Shown here piece by piece: positions 20,501-29,100 of a stretch of DNA of 64,000 bases. Both the position numbers and the translations under genes were made by a program. Below the pieces are notes generated by a model, which saw nothing but the letters and a program-made list of their open reading frames with translations, searched no databases and was not told where the DNA came from. Every line of letters starts with the position of its first letter. Position 1 is the first letter of the stretch. Source of the DNA: Candidatus Latescibacterota bacterium (GTDB lineage: Bacteria > Latescibacterota > UBA2968 > GCA-2709665); NCBI GenBank assembly GCA_965248435.1, contig OZ252100.1, positions 5,280,001-5,344,000 on the forward strand. The letters are read 5' to 3'.

Positions 20501-20887
20501 GTGATGTTAGAAACCCACGACCTCAAGGGTAGTAAACGCGCCTGCTTGAGGGCCCTGGAGATTTTCGATAAGATGGACAATAAGCTGCCGACCGCAGAAG
20601 TTTACAAGACCCTCGGGCAGGTAGCGAGAATCGAGCGTAAATGGGAAGAGGCCCGTACCTATTTCGAGAAAAGCATCTCGATAGGCGAATCTTTAAGAAG
20701 CCCGCAATCCGGAGGGGCTCACCTGGAATATTCCCGGATGCTCAAGGACATGGGCGACTTGAAATCCGCCGAGGAAGAGGCTGAACACTCAGTCTTCTGG
20801 TATGAAAAGATGGGAGCGAAGGAGGAGTTGAAGCTGGCAGCGACCCTGAAGAGGGAAGTCCAGGCCCTTCAAATTGCCTCGAATTGA
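17573..20887 (+). CDS. Hanks Ser/Thr kinase - STAND (AAA_16-type) ATPase - TPR protein
   Basis: GQGAMG, VAIK, HRDIKPDN, DFG, GTPEYMSPE; Walker A GEAGIGKT, Walker B LLLDDLQWAD, GGNP; C-terminal TPRs. ATG 17573 preferred over TTG 17474. Confidence 0.92.
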   Translation: MVNGVLTGEKIGQYEVRERIGQGAMGTVYRACDTSLQREVAIKVLSTIASPTPREVERFYREARAAAGLSHPNVVSVHQIGEHNGAYYFVMELCEGDSLRELVRSGKRMPWRKGLDVAVQVCRALEAAHGRDLLHRDIKPDNVWLLSDGLVKVLDFGIVRFSAAQTLTQEGDALGTPEYMSPEQILGEELDARCDVYAVGILMYELFTGHPPFTGPNPVTIIYKQMEEDPTPPGQLSGDLPIALERIILKAISKDRAERYPSAARMREEMEALLEGREAADVETGELPEERAKKTGIRFECRLVGREDELGLLKQAVDRLDSEAGGCVLIGGEAGIGKTRLAGEAMAYARRKGAMVFQGSCLYSDGPDPYAPFIQALEEALTAGDEDGQKRLLAFIRDEAPELRELTSRLMTAINTRLTGNPFESTETGVVSRERLFEAVSQTLLFLSGERPVVLLLDDLQWADSGTLQLLHYVLRYASERRLLILGTVRSEDLLPDREGEAHPVADALQRMNTEGLIQKVELSGLDHRGVSLMARFIFRRALFSSGFRASLYKETGGNPLFVLEVLRLLRDEGIIYERKGIWRERREITSEDIPDRVYDVVVRRIERLAENQRELLQLAAVAGESFGSTMLSSISGEERVPVLRKLDRMERKHQLLRSDGEAYTFSHPKIREILYEEISDELRQEYHLISGKYLEDQAGKGARIPVGDLARHFFHGGVPEKALPYLIRAGDQATRMFAFREALDLYRWASQSLTSRKQSPETIRLSASLQFRLGGVCKRLGEIEAALDYLTCAENLAQGVADHRLMGEAQLAKGQIHFRSGNYELATQQYQESANHFRLAGDLKSVCSVLVSAANIPFEQGKWSSVEAYYTRALEIARESRDRREIAKINMNLGIMASIRGNGERALKHYEKSRRTFEKLKDWQNLAKVSVNEGWFYAGRKDWPRAQQAYNDALSICKKTRNIASEAKCFLNLAEVMLETHDLKGSKRACLRALEIFDKMDNKLPTAEVYKTLGQVARIERKWEEARTYFEKSISIGESLRSPQSGGAHLEYSRMLKDMGDLKSAEEEAEHSVFWYEKMGAKEELKLAATLKREVQALQIASN

Positions 20888-20960
20888 CAAAAACCAAATC
20901 TGATCGGAATCGTGATCGACAAATAGTTCATTGTGCGTTTCGGACTATGGTTAGTCCTAC

Positions 20961-22013
20961 CCGAGTTCAATAAGGAAGTGCAACACTTAGGGTAGCAACT
21001 GTCCTATCCTAAGTGTATGGGAAACAATTACAAGCATCTTACGATAGACGAACGCGAGCAGATTGCGCTTTGTCGAGCCACTGGTGCAAGCCTTAGAGAT
21101 ATTGCCAAGGCCCTTGACCGGAGCGCCAGCACGATTTCAAGAGAGTTGAAACGTAATCCGTCCCCGATAGCTGAGAGTTACTCGGGCCTCCAGGCTCACA
21201 GAAGGGCTGAGAAACGTAAGCGGGAGGCCGGCAAGCGGAAACGGCTGAAGAATCCGGTTATCCGGCGATATGTCGAGACCAAACTCAAGCAAGGATGGTC
21301 TCCCGAGTTGATCGCTGGGAGGCTTCCCGAGGAGCGTCCGAGCGCGGGTATCAGCCACGAAGCCATCTACCAGTATATCTACGATCCAAAGGTGCACAAG
21401 CAGCGGGATCTGGTTGCTTGCTTATCCCGAGCTCACAAAAAACGAAAGCCGCGGTGGCATACCCGAAAACACCGGGAAAGCCACATTCCAGGCCGTATTT
21501 CGATCGATCGACGTCCCCGTTACATCGAAAAACGGAAACAACCTGGCCACTGGGAATCCGACACCATCATCTCTCGAGAGAGCAAACAGGCCGTTGGCGC
21601 TTGTCTTGAGCGATCGTCGAGATACCTACACCTGGCTAAGCTGGCAAAGAACGGACCCTCGGAGGTCGCCGAAGCGATTAATCGACGCCTTGGGCGACAT
21701 CCTCCCCACATGAGGAAGAGCATCACATATGACAACGGATCCGAAAACGGCCAACATCAACGGGTCAACGAGGTGCTTGGCACCAAATCCTATTTCTGCA
21801 AACCGTTCCACAGCTGGGAGCGAGGCGCTGTGGAAAACGCTATCGGTCTGGTCCGCAGATACCTCCCCAAGAAGACAGACTTCTCAAAGGTCAGCAAACA
21901 CGAGTTAAAGAAAATTCAGAACCGGATCAACAACCGACCAAGAAAATGTCTTAACTTCAAAACACCAGCTGAAGTCTTCAAGTCCAAGTGTTGCACTTAG
22001 TCATTGAATCCAG
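20961..22013 (+). mobile_element. IS30-family insertion sequence
   Basis: 28-bp imperfect IRs 20961-20988 / 21986-22013 (22/28 match) flanking the transposase. Confidence 0.9.
21017..22000 (+). CDS. IS30-family transposase
   Basis: HTH STISRELKRN, GHWESD, TYDNGSE, WERGAVEN, NNRPRKCL. Confidence 0.95.
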   Translation: MGNNYKHLTIDEREQIALCRATGASLRDIAKALDRSASTISRELKRNPSPIAESYSGLQAHRRAEKRKREAGKRKRLKNPVIRRYVETKLKQGWSPELIAGRLPEERPSAGISHEAIYQYIYDPKVHKQRDLVACLSRAHKKRKPRWHTRKHRESHIPGRISIDRRPRYIEKRKQPGHWESDTIISRESKQAVGACLERSSRYLHLAKLAKNGPSEVAEAINRRLGRHPPHMRKSITYDNGSENGQHQRVNEVLGTKSYFCKPFHSWERGAVENAIGLVRRYLPKKTDFSKVSKHELKKIQNRINNRPRKCLNFKTPAEVFKSKCCT

Positions 22014-22036
22014 CCTATTAAATAATAGAGTCTTGA

Positions 22037-22981
22037 ATGAACGAAGTTGATGCGCTTCGGCTGGAGCGGACCGCCCTCCTGGATGAACTCGAAACGATCT
22101 ACCGTCAGGTCGAGGTGGAGTTCTACGCCCGGGGGCGCGAACAGGAGATTACTTACCAGGAGCTGAGAGAGCGAAACAAGGAGCTCCAGAGACGGCTGGA
22201 CGAGCTGCAGGAGACGCAGCGCATGCTGATCCGCTCTGAGCGGCTTGCGGCCATGGGTGAGATGGCTGCGGCGATTGTGCACGAAATTCGGAATCCCCTG
22301 ACAGTCATCCTCGTGAGAACCGAAATGATGCAGGAGCACCGGGACCGTTCGGCGCAGAATCTGGAAATGATTCTAAGATCGGCGGAATACCTCAAAAAGC
22401 TGACCGAGAACGTACTCCACTTCTCCCGCGCCCAGATGGGGGATGCCCGGTCTCTCGACCTCAACGAGGTCGTGTTTGAGCTCGAGGCGTTCGTGAAGCC
22501 GATCGTCAGAAACGTGGAGATGCAGCTGGAGGTCGATCCTGAAATTCCCAAGGTCCTGGCCGATCCGAGCCAGGTCGAGCAGGTCCTGATGAATCTGGTC
22601 CTCAACGCCCTGGACGCCGTTGGATCGAATGGTCAAGTCACGCTCACAACCGGCAGGGGCAGTGTCGAGGAAACGGTGAAGCAAGAGATCGAGGCCAACC
22701 GACCACACAAACTGGCGATCGAGATGCGTGAAAGCGGTCTCGCGGGTGATTTCGCCTACGTCGAGGTCCGTGACAGGGGGCCGGGCATCAGGCCGGGAGA
22801 TCTGGACCACCTGTTCGAGGCGTTTTTTACGACTAAGGAGACGGGGAAGGGGACGGGCCTCGGACTCTCGATCGTCCGCACAATCGTCGCAGAATGGGGT
22901 GGGAATGTCCTTGTTGCCTCTACGGAAGGCGAGGGTACAAGCTTCAAGGTCTTCCTGCCCTGTGTCCGCGAAACTGCGTGA
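22037..22981 (+). CDS. Cytoplasmic sensor histidine kinase with N-terminal coiled coil
   Basis: H-box HEIRNPL, N-box NLVLNA, DRGPGI, FFTTK, GTGLGL; no TM segment. Confidence 0.93.
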   Translation: MNEVDALRLERTALLDELETIYRQVEVEFYARGREQEITYQELRERNKELQRRLDELQETQRMLIRSERLAAMGEMAAAIVHEIRNPLTVILVRTEMMQEHRDRSAQNLEMILRSAEYLKKLTENVLHFSRAQMGDARSLDLNEVVFELEAFVKPIVRNVEMQLEVDPEIPKVLADPSQVEQVLMNLVLNALDAVGSNGQVTLTTGRGSVEETVKQEIEANRPHKLAIEMRESGLAGDFAYVEVRDRGPGIRPGDLDHLFEAFFTTKETGKGTGLGLSIVRTIVAEWGGNVLVASTEGEGTSFKVFLPCVRETA

Positions 22982-23041
22982 GCAACGAGGGTGTAGTCCC
23001 CCGGTGACGCAGACTCCGACCTATTTCGCAGAAGGCTGAAG

Positions 23042-23356
23042 ATGCACGATACATACCCACAAGGTCTTACGTGCAGCATATGCAGCGCCAGCTACCAAGT
23101 CGGAGATCGCTACTGCCCGCAGTGTGGTGAACGGTGCTCCTCCGCCTACGCGCTGGAAGGGATGAGCACGCACAGATCCTTGAATATCCTTGAAATTCAG
23201 TACAGGCTTGGCATGGTCTACTTCAGGAAAGGCGACTATGTAAGGGCTGTCGCTGTCTGGGAAAAGGTCAAGAAGGGGCGTCCTCGCGACAGCAGATTGG
23301 ATGGTATACTGGATGATGCCAGAAGCCGTCTCCAGGAATCCGAAAGGGTTAGTTGA
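23042..23356 (+). CDS. Zinc-ribbon + single TPR protein
   Basis: CSIC...CPQCG followed by YRLGMVYFRKGDY TPR. Confidence 0.8.
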   Translation: MHDTYPQGLTCSICSASYQVGDRYCPQCGERCSSAYALEGMSTHRSLNILEIQYRLGMVYFRKGDYVRAVAVWEKVKKGRPRDSRLDGILDDARSRLQESERVS

Positions 23357-23357
23357 G

Positions 23358-23735
23358 ATGAACTGTGTTTCGTGTGGACGTCGAAACGGGGAAGATGGAC
23401 GGTTCTGCACGGCCTGCGGGTCGTGCCTTTTGGAGAATGGTTTGGTCGCGCACCTCACCTGGGGCGAAGGCACGGCACAGAAGGAGTATCTCATCTCCGA
23501 AAAGGCGCGCTGTCTGGGCCGGGATGCGGAAGCCGACGTCATTCTTGACGACGATCAGGTCTCCAACCTGCATACCCGGATAATGCTGAACGGGGGTAAA
23601 TTCAAGATTGAGGACCTGGGCAGCCGGAACGGCACCTACGTGAATGGACAGAGGTGTGTGGATGATGAGGAGTTAGAGAACGGTGATTTAATCAAGATTG
23701 GGAGGACCATCATAAAATTTGTGATTTGTGGCTAA
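23358..23735 (+). CDS. Zinc-ribbon + FHA domain protein
   Basis: CVSC...CTACG; FHA motifs GR, VSNLH, DLGSRNGTYVNG; ATG 23358. Confidence 0.9.
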   Translation: MNCVSCGRRNGEDGRFCTACGSCLLENGLVAHLTWGEGTAQKEYLISEKARCLGRDAEADVILDDDQVSNLHTRIMLNGGKFKIEDLGSRNGTYVNGQRCVDDEELENGDLIKIGRTIIKFVICG

Positions 23736-23789
23736 TTACTAATCGAATCTAAGAACCGTCGATCGGCCGGAGGAGGAAGATCACGCTGT

Positions 23790-25013
23790 CTAATTCCGCT
23801 GTATCATTTGCAGTTTGGTGCGCTCAGTTTTCTCATCGAGGATTTTCTGGGTAACAAGGGCATCATAGTGCGCGCCCAACCTTTGGAAACCTTTTCGAGC
23901 TGTTTCCAAGAGGCTCGAGGCTGCTTCAATCTCTTTTTGTTCAGCGTAGAATACTCCAAGTTCGCGCTGCGCTTCGGCCTCCCCTAAGGGATCTTTGAAC
24001 TGTTGATAAAGGCGCAGGCTCTGCTCCAGGAGGCCCCGTGCCGTTGACCAGTCGCCCTTGTGTGTCAAAAGTCGTCCCAGAAATTTATAGACTTCCGCAA
24101 TGCCGAGAGAATAGTTTGTCTCTCGAAAAATATCGAGTGCCCTTGCGCATAAAGCCGCACCCATTGTATACTCTCCCATTTCTATGTATACAGCTCCTTT
24201 GTTCTCGTAGTTCAGCGCGACCGGGTGCATGTCTCCTCGTTCAAGGTTGATCTCAAGTGCCCTTTCAAAGGCCTCAAGGGCATCGTTCCATCTGTTTTCC
24301 TGCCTGTAGCACATTCCCAGGTTGTGGTAAATCTGTGCGACACCTCTAACGTTCCGCATTTGTTCGTGTAAGGCCAGGGCGTTCCGCAGGTACCCTTTAG
24401 CCTCATCAAAATCCCCACGTATGGTGCCAAGGATTCCGAGGTTCATGGTGACGTCAGCAATAATTGATGTAAGGTTAAACTGCTCCGCAGTCTCCAATGC
24501 TTGCAGGTAAGTAAGCTCCGCCGCAGCATGGTCCCCGCATTTCAGCTTTACGTTTGCCTGGAGAACTTTGCATCGTGTGTAGCCTTCATTGTCGTTCAAG
24601 GACGAAAAAATTTCAGCACTTCGTCGTAAATGTGCCTTCGCCTCTTCCCACCTGGAATGCTTGATCAGGATCGTGGCGATCTTGCGAAGTAGTGTCGCTT
24701 CTGCTGATCGATCATTCAATTGCTTTGCTAGAAGAAGTGCTTCCTCGTTGACGGAAAGCGCCTGCTCATAACAGCTCAAGGTGCGATAAGACTCGCCGAT
24801 ATTCATCAAGGAATTGAGGGTTTCAGACCGGTCCTGACTGCTCCGCAGCGCTATTTCCCTGTGGGTGCTGAGCACCTGATCAACCTTTTTGATCGCCTCT
24901 GCCGCCGAAACGTTGTCCTGAAGGGCTACAGCGAGCAGGGACTCGATGCGCGCCTTCCATTCAGGTTCGGACGGGTCAGGTACAGTCCGTTTGTTATCTT
25001 CATCCTGGTTCAA
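23790..25013 (-). CDS. Stand-alone TPR protein, paralog of 16278-17468
   Basis: TPRs with NLGILGTIRGD, HNLG, CARALDIF matching the other copy. Confidence 0.9.
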   Translation of the reverse strand: MNQDEDNKRTVPDPSEPEWKARIESLLAVALQDNVSAAEAIKKVDQVLSTHREIALRSSQDRSETLNSLMNIGESYRTLSCYEQALSVNEEALLLAKQLNDRSAEATLLRKIATILIKHSRWEEAKAHLRRSAEIFSSLNDNEGYTRCKVLQANVKLKCGDHAAAELTYLQALETAEQFNLTSIIADVTMNLGILGTIRGDFDEAKGYLRNALALHEQMRNVRGVAQIYHNLGMCYRQENRWNDALEAFERALEINLERGDMHPVALNYENKGAVYIEMGEYTMGAALCARALDIFRETNYSLGIAEVYKFLGRLLTHKGDWSTARGLLEQSLRLYQQFKDPLGEAEAQRELGVFYAEQKEIEAASSLLETARKGFQRLGAHYDALVTQKILDEKTERTKLQMIQRN

Positions 25014-26044
25014 GATTGGTTCTCCTCAGAACTCTCCAAGTTGCTAACTCGGCGTCTGTATTCACTTGCCTGGATACCGTGTTCGGCCATTCTTACCTGA
25101 AAATACTGCCTCCCGATTCCGCTTTCCCGTGCAGCCCGTGAGACGTTGCCGCCTGCGCAGAGAAGTGCCCGATGCAGGTACTCTCGCGTGAACCACTCGA
25201 GGCTCCGTCTGCGCGCCTCCTTATAAGGATGAGCGAAGATCTCTTCGGGGGAGTCGTCGTCTCTTTCGCCAGATATGTGACCCGGCAGGTCCTCCGGGCA
25301 GATCGATTCTCCCTCGGCGAGAAGGAGTGCCGCGGAGATCGCGTGGGAAAGCTCTCTGACATTTCCCGGCCAGGGGTAGCTGATAAGCTGTCTCAAAGCC
25401 TCAGGAGTCAAGGGTCGTTCTTTGAAACCTTCATCTCTGCATTTGTCCTTGAAATGTTCGATCAGGATCGGAATGTCACTGCGACGATCCCGAAGCGACG
25501 GCAGGTGGATGTGGAGCACATTCAGTCTGTAGAAAAGGTCCTGTCGGAATCGCCCTTCGAGCACCTCGCGGTCGAGGTCTCGGTTTGTCGCTGCAATCAG
25601 TCTTACATCCGATCTTCTCACCCGGGTTTCGCCAACCGGCCTGAATTCCCCCTCCTGGACGAAGCGGAGCAGTTGGAGCTGAAGGTCAGGTTGCAGATCT
25701 CCGACTTCGTCCAGTAGCAGCGTCCCTCCATCGGCGTGCTCGACCATTCCACATCGATTGTCCAGGGCGCCTGTGAACGCACCCCGCAGGTGGCCGAACA
25801 GTTCGCTTCGCGCTATCTCTCGGGATAAGACGCCACAATCTACGACGACGAACGGGCCTGCTGCCCGTGAACTCGCTGCGTGAATTGCCCCGGCAAGAAG
25901 CTCCTTCCCTGTTCCGGTTTCTCCAGTAATCAAGACCGGGAGATCACACTTGGCTGCCAGAATGGCCAATCGCTGGACTTCCAGAATGGCTGGATGGCAA
26001 CCCACGATTGGCCTGTTGGAAGTAGACTCTAAGCTGACTGGCAT
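25010..26044 (-). CDS. Sigma54 enhancer-binding protein lacking an N-terminal regulatory domain
   Basis: Start at ATG 26044 (MPVSLES); [33 protein letters not shown]. Confidence 0.9.
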   Translation of the reverse strand: MPVSLESTSNRPIVGCHPAILEVQRLAILAAKCDLPVLITGETGTGKELLAGAIHAASSRAAGPFVVVDCGVLSREIARSELFGHLRGAFTGALDNRCGMVEHADGGTLLLDEVGDLQPDLQLQLLRFVQEGEFRPVGETRVRRSDVRLIAATNRDLDREVLEGRFRQDLFYRLNVLHIHLPSLRDRRSDIPILIEHFKDKCRDEGFKERPLTPEALRQLISYPWPGNVRELSHAISAALLLAEGESICPEDLPGHISGERDDDSPEEIFAHPYKEARRRSLEWFTREYLHRALLCAGGNVSRAARESGIGRQYFQVRMAEHGIQASEYRRRVSNLESSEENQS

Positions 26045-26099
26045 CGTCACGACCCCTTTAGCCCTCGAGCTTTCAAGGTTAACACTCTTGCCATTCCAT

Positions 26100-26115
26100 A
26101 ACAAGAAGGGTGCCA
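26100..26115 (-). promoter_or_regulatory. Sigma54 (-24/-12) promoter candidate
   Basis: TGGCACCCTTCTTGTT on the minus strand, 56 bp before ATG 26044 (TTGT variant of TTGC). Confidence 0.6.
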
Positions 26116-26227
26116 GTAAGTGAAAAAGAGGCAGGTGGAATTGGGCACGTCTATTTAAGTATTTGATCGTAAGATGTTTATTGAAATCATTCGAACGAAA
26201 GCCGGATGTCCGATTCGCATCTTGCGA

Positions 26228-26271
26228 TAAAATAAGAAAGGGGCAAATCACCCGATCGGGTAATCTGCCCC
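26228..26271 (-). terminator. Intrinsic terminator
   Basis: GGGGCAGATTACCCG-AT-CGGGTGATTTGCCCC then TTTCTTATTTT on the minus strand. Confidence 0.75.
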
Positions 26272-26313
26272 TCGTCATTCGACCTTGTTGACTTTAGTGC
26301 GCTTTCATCCGGA

Positions 26314-27300
26314 TTATGTCTGATTGTTCAGGCGGTGTTTCTTCAACCGATACCTGAGTGCATCCCTGGACACGTGAAGCAGCTGGGCCGCCCTTGTAAC
26401 GTTGCCCTTGGCCTCTCTGATTGCTTCCTCGATGAGTCTCCGCTCAACGCCTCCAGGGAGATGCCCCAGGGCGGAAAACTAATTCGGATTTCTCCCAGTT
26501 CGTTCACATCGAGGGAGGCCTGACGCTTCTGCTCTGCAAGTTCCCTTTCTTCTTTTCCGATCGCCAGGTCATCTACGCCTACCAAGTCATTTCGACTCAA
26601 CAACACAACCCGTTCGATCACGTTCCGCAGTTCGCGGACGTTACCGGGCCAGGAATAGTTGCGCATCCATTGCTCTGCACCTTTCGAGAAGCAGTACTCC
26701 TGCTTCTGGTAGCGTAAGGAGGATGTCCTCACCGCGCTGGCGGAGAGGAGGCAGTGGAATGCGGACGACATTCAGTCGGTAGTAGAGGTCTTTACGAAAA
26801 CGACCTTCAGAAACGGCTCGCTCCAGGTCTTCATTCGTAGCGGCAATGAATCTCACATCCGAACCGATTTCGTTTGTTCCACCCAGCCTTCGGAACGTTT
26901 GTGTTTCCAGCACAGTAAGAAGCTTGGCCTGCAGTTCCGTCGGCATCAGGCCGATTTCGTCCAGGAAGAGCGAGCCCCCCTCAGCAGTTTCGAGTAGCCC
27001 CTTCTTGGATATCTTGGCGTCCGTGAATGCCCCTTTTTCGTAGCCGAACAGCTCGGCCTCCAGCAGGGTGGAAGGAATTGCAGTACAGCTTACGGCCACA
27101 AACGGATGGCTTGCGCGGTTTCCCTGGTGATGGATCTGACGCGCAACCATCTCCTTGCCGGTGCCGCTTTCTCCCGTGATCAACAGCGTGGCCGGTGTGC
27201 TGGCCACACGATCCATCAGGTGAAATACCTCCTGAAGAACCGGGCTTTCACCGACGATGCCGTCCAGGGGTCCCAGGCCGTTGGCCCCGGTCGCCTTCTG
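26314..27300 (-). pseudogene. Degraded sigma54 enhancer-binding protein, paralog of 13268-14680
   Basis: No REC domain; deletion plus frameshift near 26715; second frameshift near 26450 restores VERRLIEEA...[13 protein letters not shown]; shares the SFPPWGI.LE linker. Confidence 0.85.
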
Positions 27301-27333
27301 ACTGATGGCAATTTGGGATGGGGATGGAGTGAG

Positions 27334-28206
27334 CTATGCCGCCATGGCGCGCTGGACGGTCTCTCCGATATCCGCAGGGCTCTTACAGACGTGGATACCG
27401 GCCGACTCGAGGGCCGCCATCTTTTCGGCCGCGGTCCCGTGCCCCCCTGAGATGATGGCGCCGGCGTGGCCCATACGCCTTCCGGGTGGAGCAGTTTGTC
27501 CTGCGATGAAGCTCACGACCGGTTTGTTCAGATTCTGCTTCACATATTCGGCTGCTTCTTCCTCGGCGGTTCCTCCGATTTCACCGATCATAACGATGGC
27601 ATCGGTTTCAGGGTCTTTCCCGAAGAGCTTTAGGCAGTCTATGAAATCGGTCCCGTTAACGGGATCTCCACCTATTCCTACACAGGTGGACTGCCCAAGT
27701 CCGCAGGAAGAGAGCTGGTAAACGGCTTCGTAGGTCAGAGTCCCGCTTCGAGAGATAACGCCGATGCGTCCTTCCTGGTGAATGTCTCCTGGCATAATGC
27801 CAATCTTGCACTTTCCAGGAGAAATGACACCCGGGCAGTTCGGGCCGACGAGCCGCGTTTTTCGCGACGCGAGGTATTGCTTTGTGCGGACCATGTCTAA
27901 AGCGGGGACTCCCTCTGTAATACAGATGACGAGGTCCAAGCCGGCATCAGTGGCTTCGGTAATTGCATCCGCTGCAAAGGGTGCGGGAACGAAGATCACG
28001 GATGCGGTTGCCCCCGTCTCCTCGGATGCGTCGGAGACCGTGTTGAAGATCGGTACGCCCTCAAATTCCTGACCTCCCTTCCCGGGGGTCACTCCTGCCA
28101 CTACATTCGTGCCATATTCTATCATTTGACGAGCGTGAAAAGATCCTTCGCTTCCCGTAATCCCCTGTACCACAAGACGAGTGTCTGCATCGACCAGAAT
28201 GCTCAT
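27334..28206 (-). CDS. sucD: Succinyl-CoA synthetase alpha subunit
   Basis: MSILVD...[28 protein letters not shown]. Confidence 0.97.
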   Translation of the reverse strand: MSILVDADTRLVVQGITGSEGSFHARQMIEYGTNVVAGVTPGKGGQEFEGVPIFNTVSDASEETGATASVIFVPAPFAADAITEATDAGLDLVICITEGVPALDMVRTKQYLASRKTRLVGPNCPGVISPGKCKIGIMPGDIHQEGRIGVISRSGTLTYEAVYQLSSCGLGQSTCVGIGGDPVNGTDFIDCLKLFGKDPETDAIVMIGEIGGTAEEEAAEYVKQNLNKPVVSFIAGQTAPPGRRMGHAGAIISGGHGTAAEKMAALESAGIHVCKSPADIGETVQRAMAA

Positions 28207-28226
28207 ATTATCCCCCTGGAGCTTGA

Positions 28227-28901
28227 TCACGGTTCCTGGGATCGGGACCGAGTTTCAACCGTTCCGTCGTCGTGGCCGATGACGACGTGATCGGCCAGGC
28301 CAACAAAAAGACCACATTCGACAACCCCCGGAATGCACAGAATCTCTCTTTCGAGTCCCGGAGGGTCTTCTATGCGGCCGAACTCGCAGTCGAGTATGTA
28401 ATGACCCCCGTCTGTAATGAAGGGGCCCTCTCCATCCATTCGAATCGAAACCTGACCCCGGGGTTCAAGCCGATCCCTAACGAGTTGCCAACCAAAAGGC
28501 ACGACTTCGACCGGCAAAGGGAAGTCGCCCAGCTCGGTTTTGAGCTTGCCCTCATCAACGACGATGACTTTTAGTTGACTCGCTGACAGAATTATCTTTT
28601 CCCGGAGGAGGGCGCCGCCGCCGCCCTTGGTCATGTTGAAGCCAGAGTCAACCTCGTCAGCGCCGTCAATGGCCAGATCGATCTTTGTGCCTTCTGAAAA
28701 GTCTGTCAGCTGGATTCCAACCTCTTCCGCCAGTGCGCGGGTCGCTTCTGAGCTCGGTATCCCTCTGATCGCGAGCTGGAGTTCGCCCAATTTTCTGACC
28801 ACGAGGGATGCTGTGGACCCGGTGCCCAGTCCAACCAGCATACCGTCTTTCACAAAGGTTATGGCGTGTTCGGCGGAAACTTGCTTTGGATTTGAGCGCA
28901 C
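28227..28901 (-). CDS. rpiA: Ribose-5-phosphate isomerase A
   Basis: [29 protein letters not shown]; GTG 28901 probable start. Confidence 0.95.
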   Translation of the reverse strand: MRSNPKQVSAEHAITFVKDGMLVGLGTGSTASLVVRKLGELQLAIRGIPSSEATRALAEEVGIQLTDFSEGTKIDLAIDGADEVDSGFNMTKGGGGALLREKIILSASQLKVIVVDEGKLKTELGDFPLPVEVVPFGWQLVRDRLEPRGQVSIRMDGEGPFITDGGHYILDCEFGRIEDPPGLEREILCIPGVVECGLFVGLADHVVIGHDDGTVETRSRSQEP

Positions 28902-29100
28902 GTCTGTCTCTGGTTTTGGGTAGTCGGGTGTGAATTCAGCGCGGCAAGATACACATTGGTAGATTTTTTGGCAATGGTTTTGAGCGTCGTCGCGCACGCC
29001 AAATTCAGGCGAACTCTAAGAAATTGAATGCCTTGAATCCACTCCATCTTTTTGATATCATAGTCGGTCTTTTTAGCGCACGCTTATTTAACCAAAGGGG

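Noticed and set aside
20956-22017. CCTA as IS30 target duplication
   Set aside because: Offset by 1 nt from the aligned IR ends; ambiguous
26045-26278. N-terminal extension of the bEBP as an input domain
   Set aside because: Spans a terminator and the sigma54 motif; non-coding character
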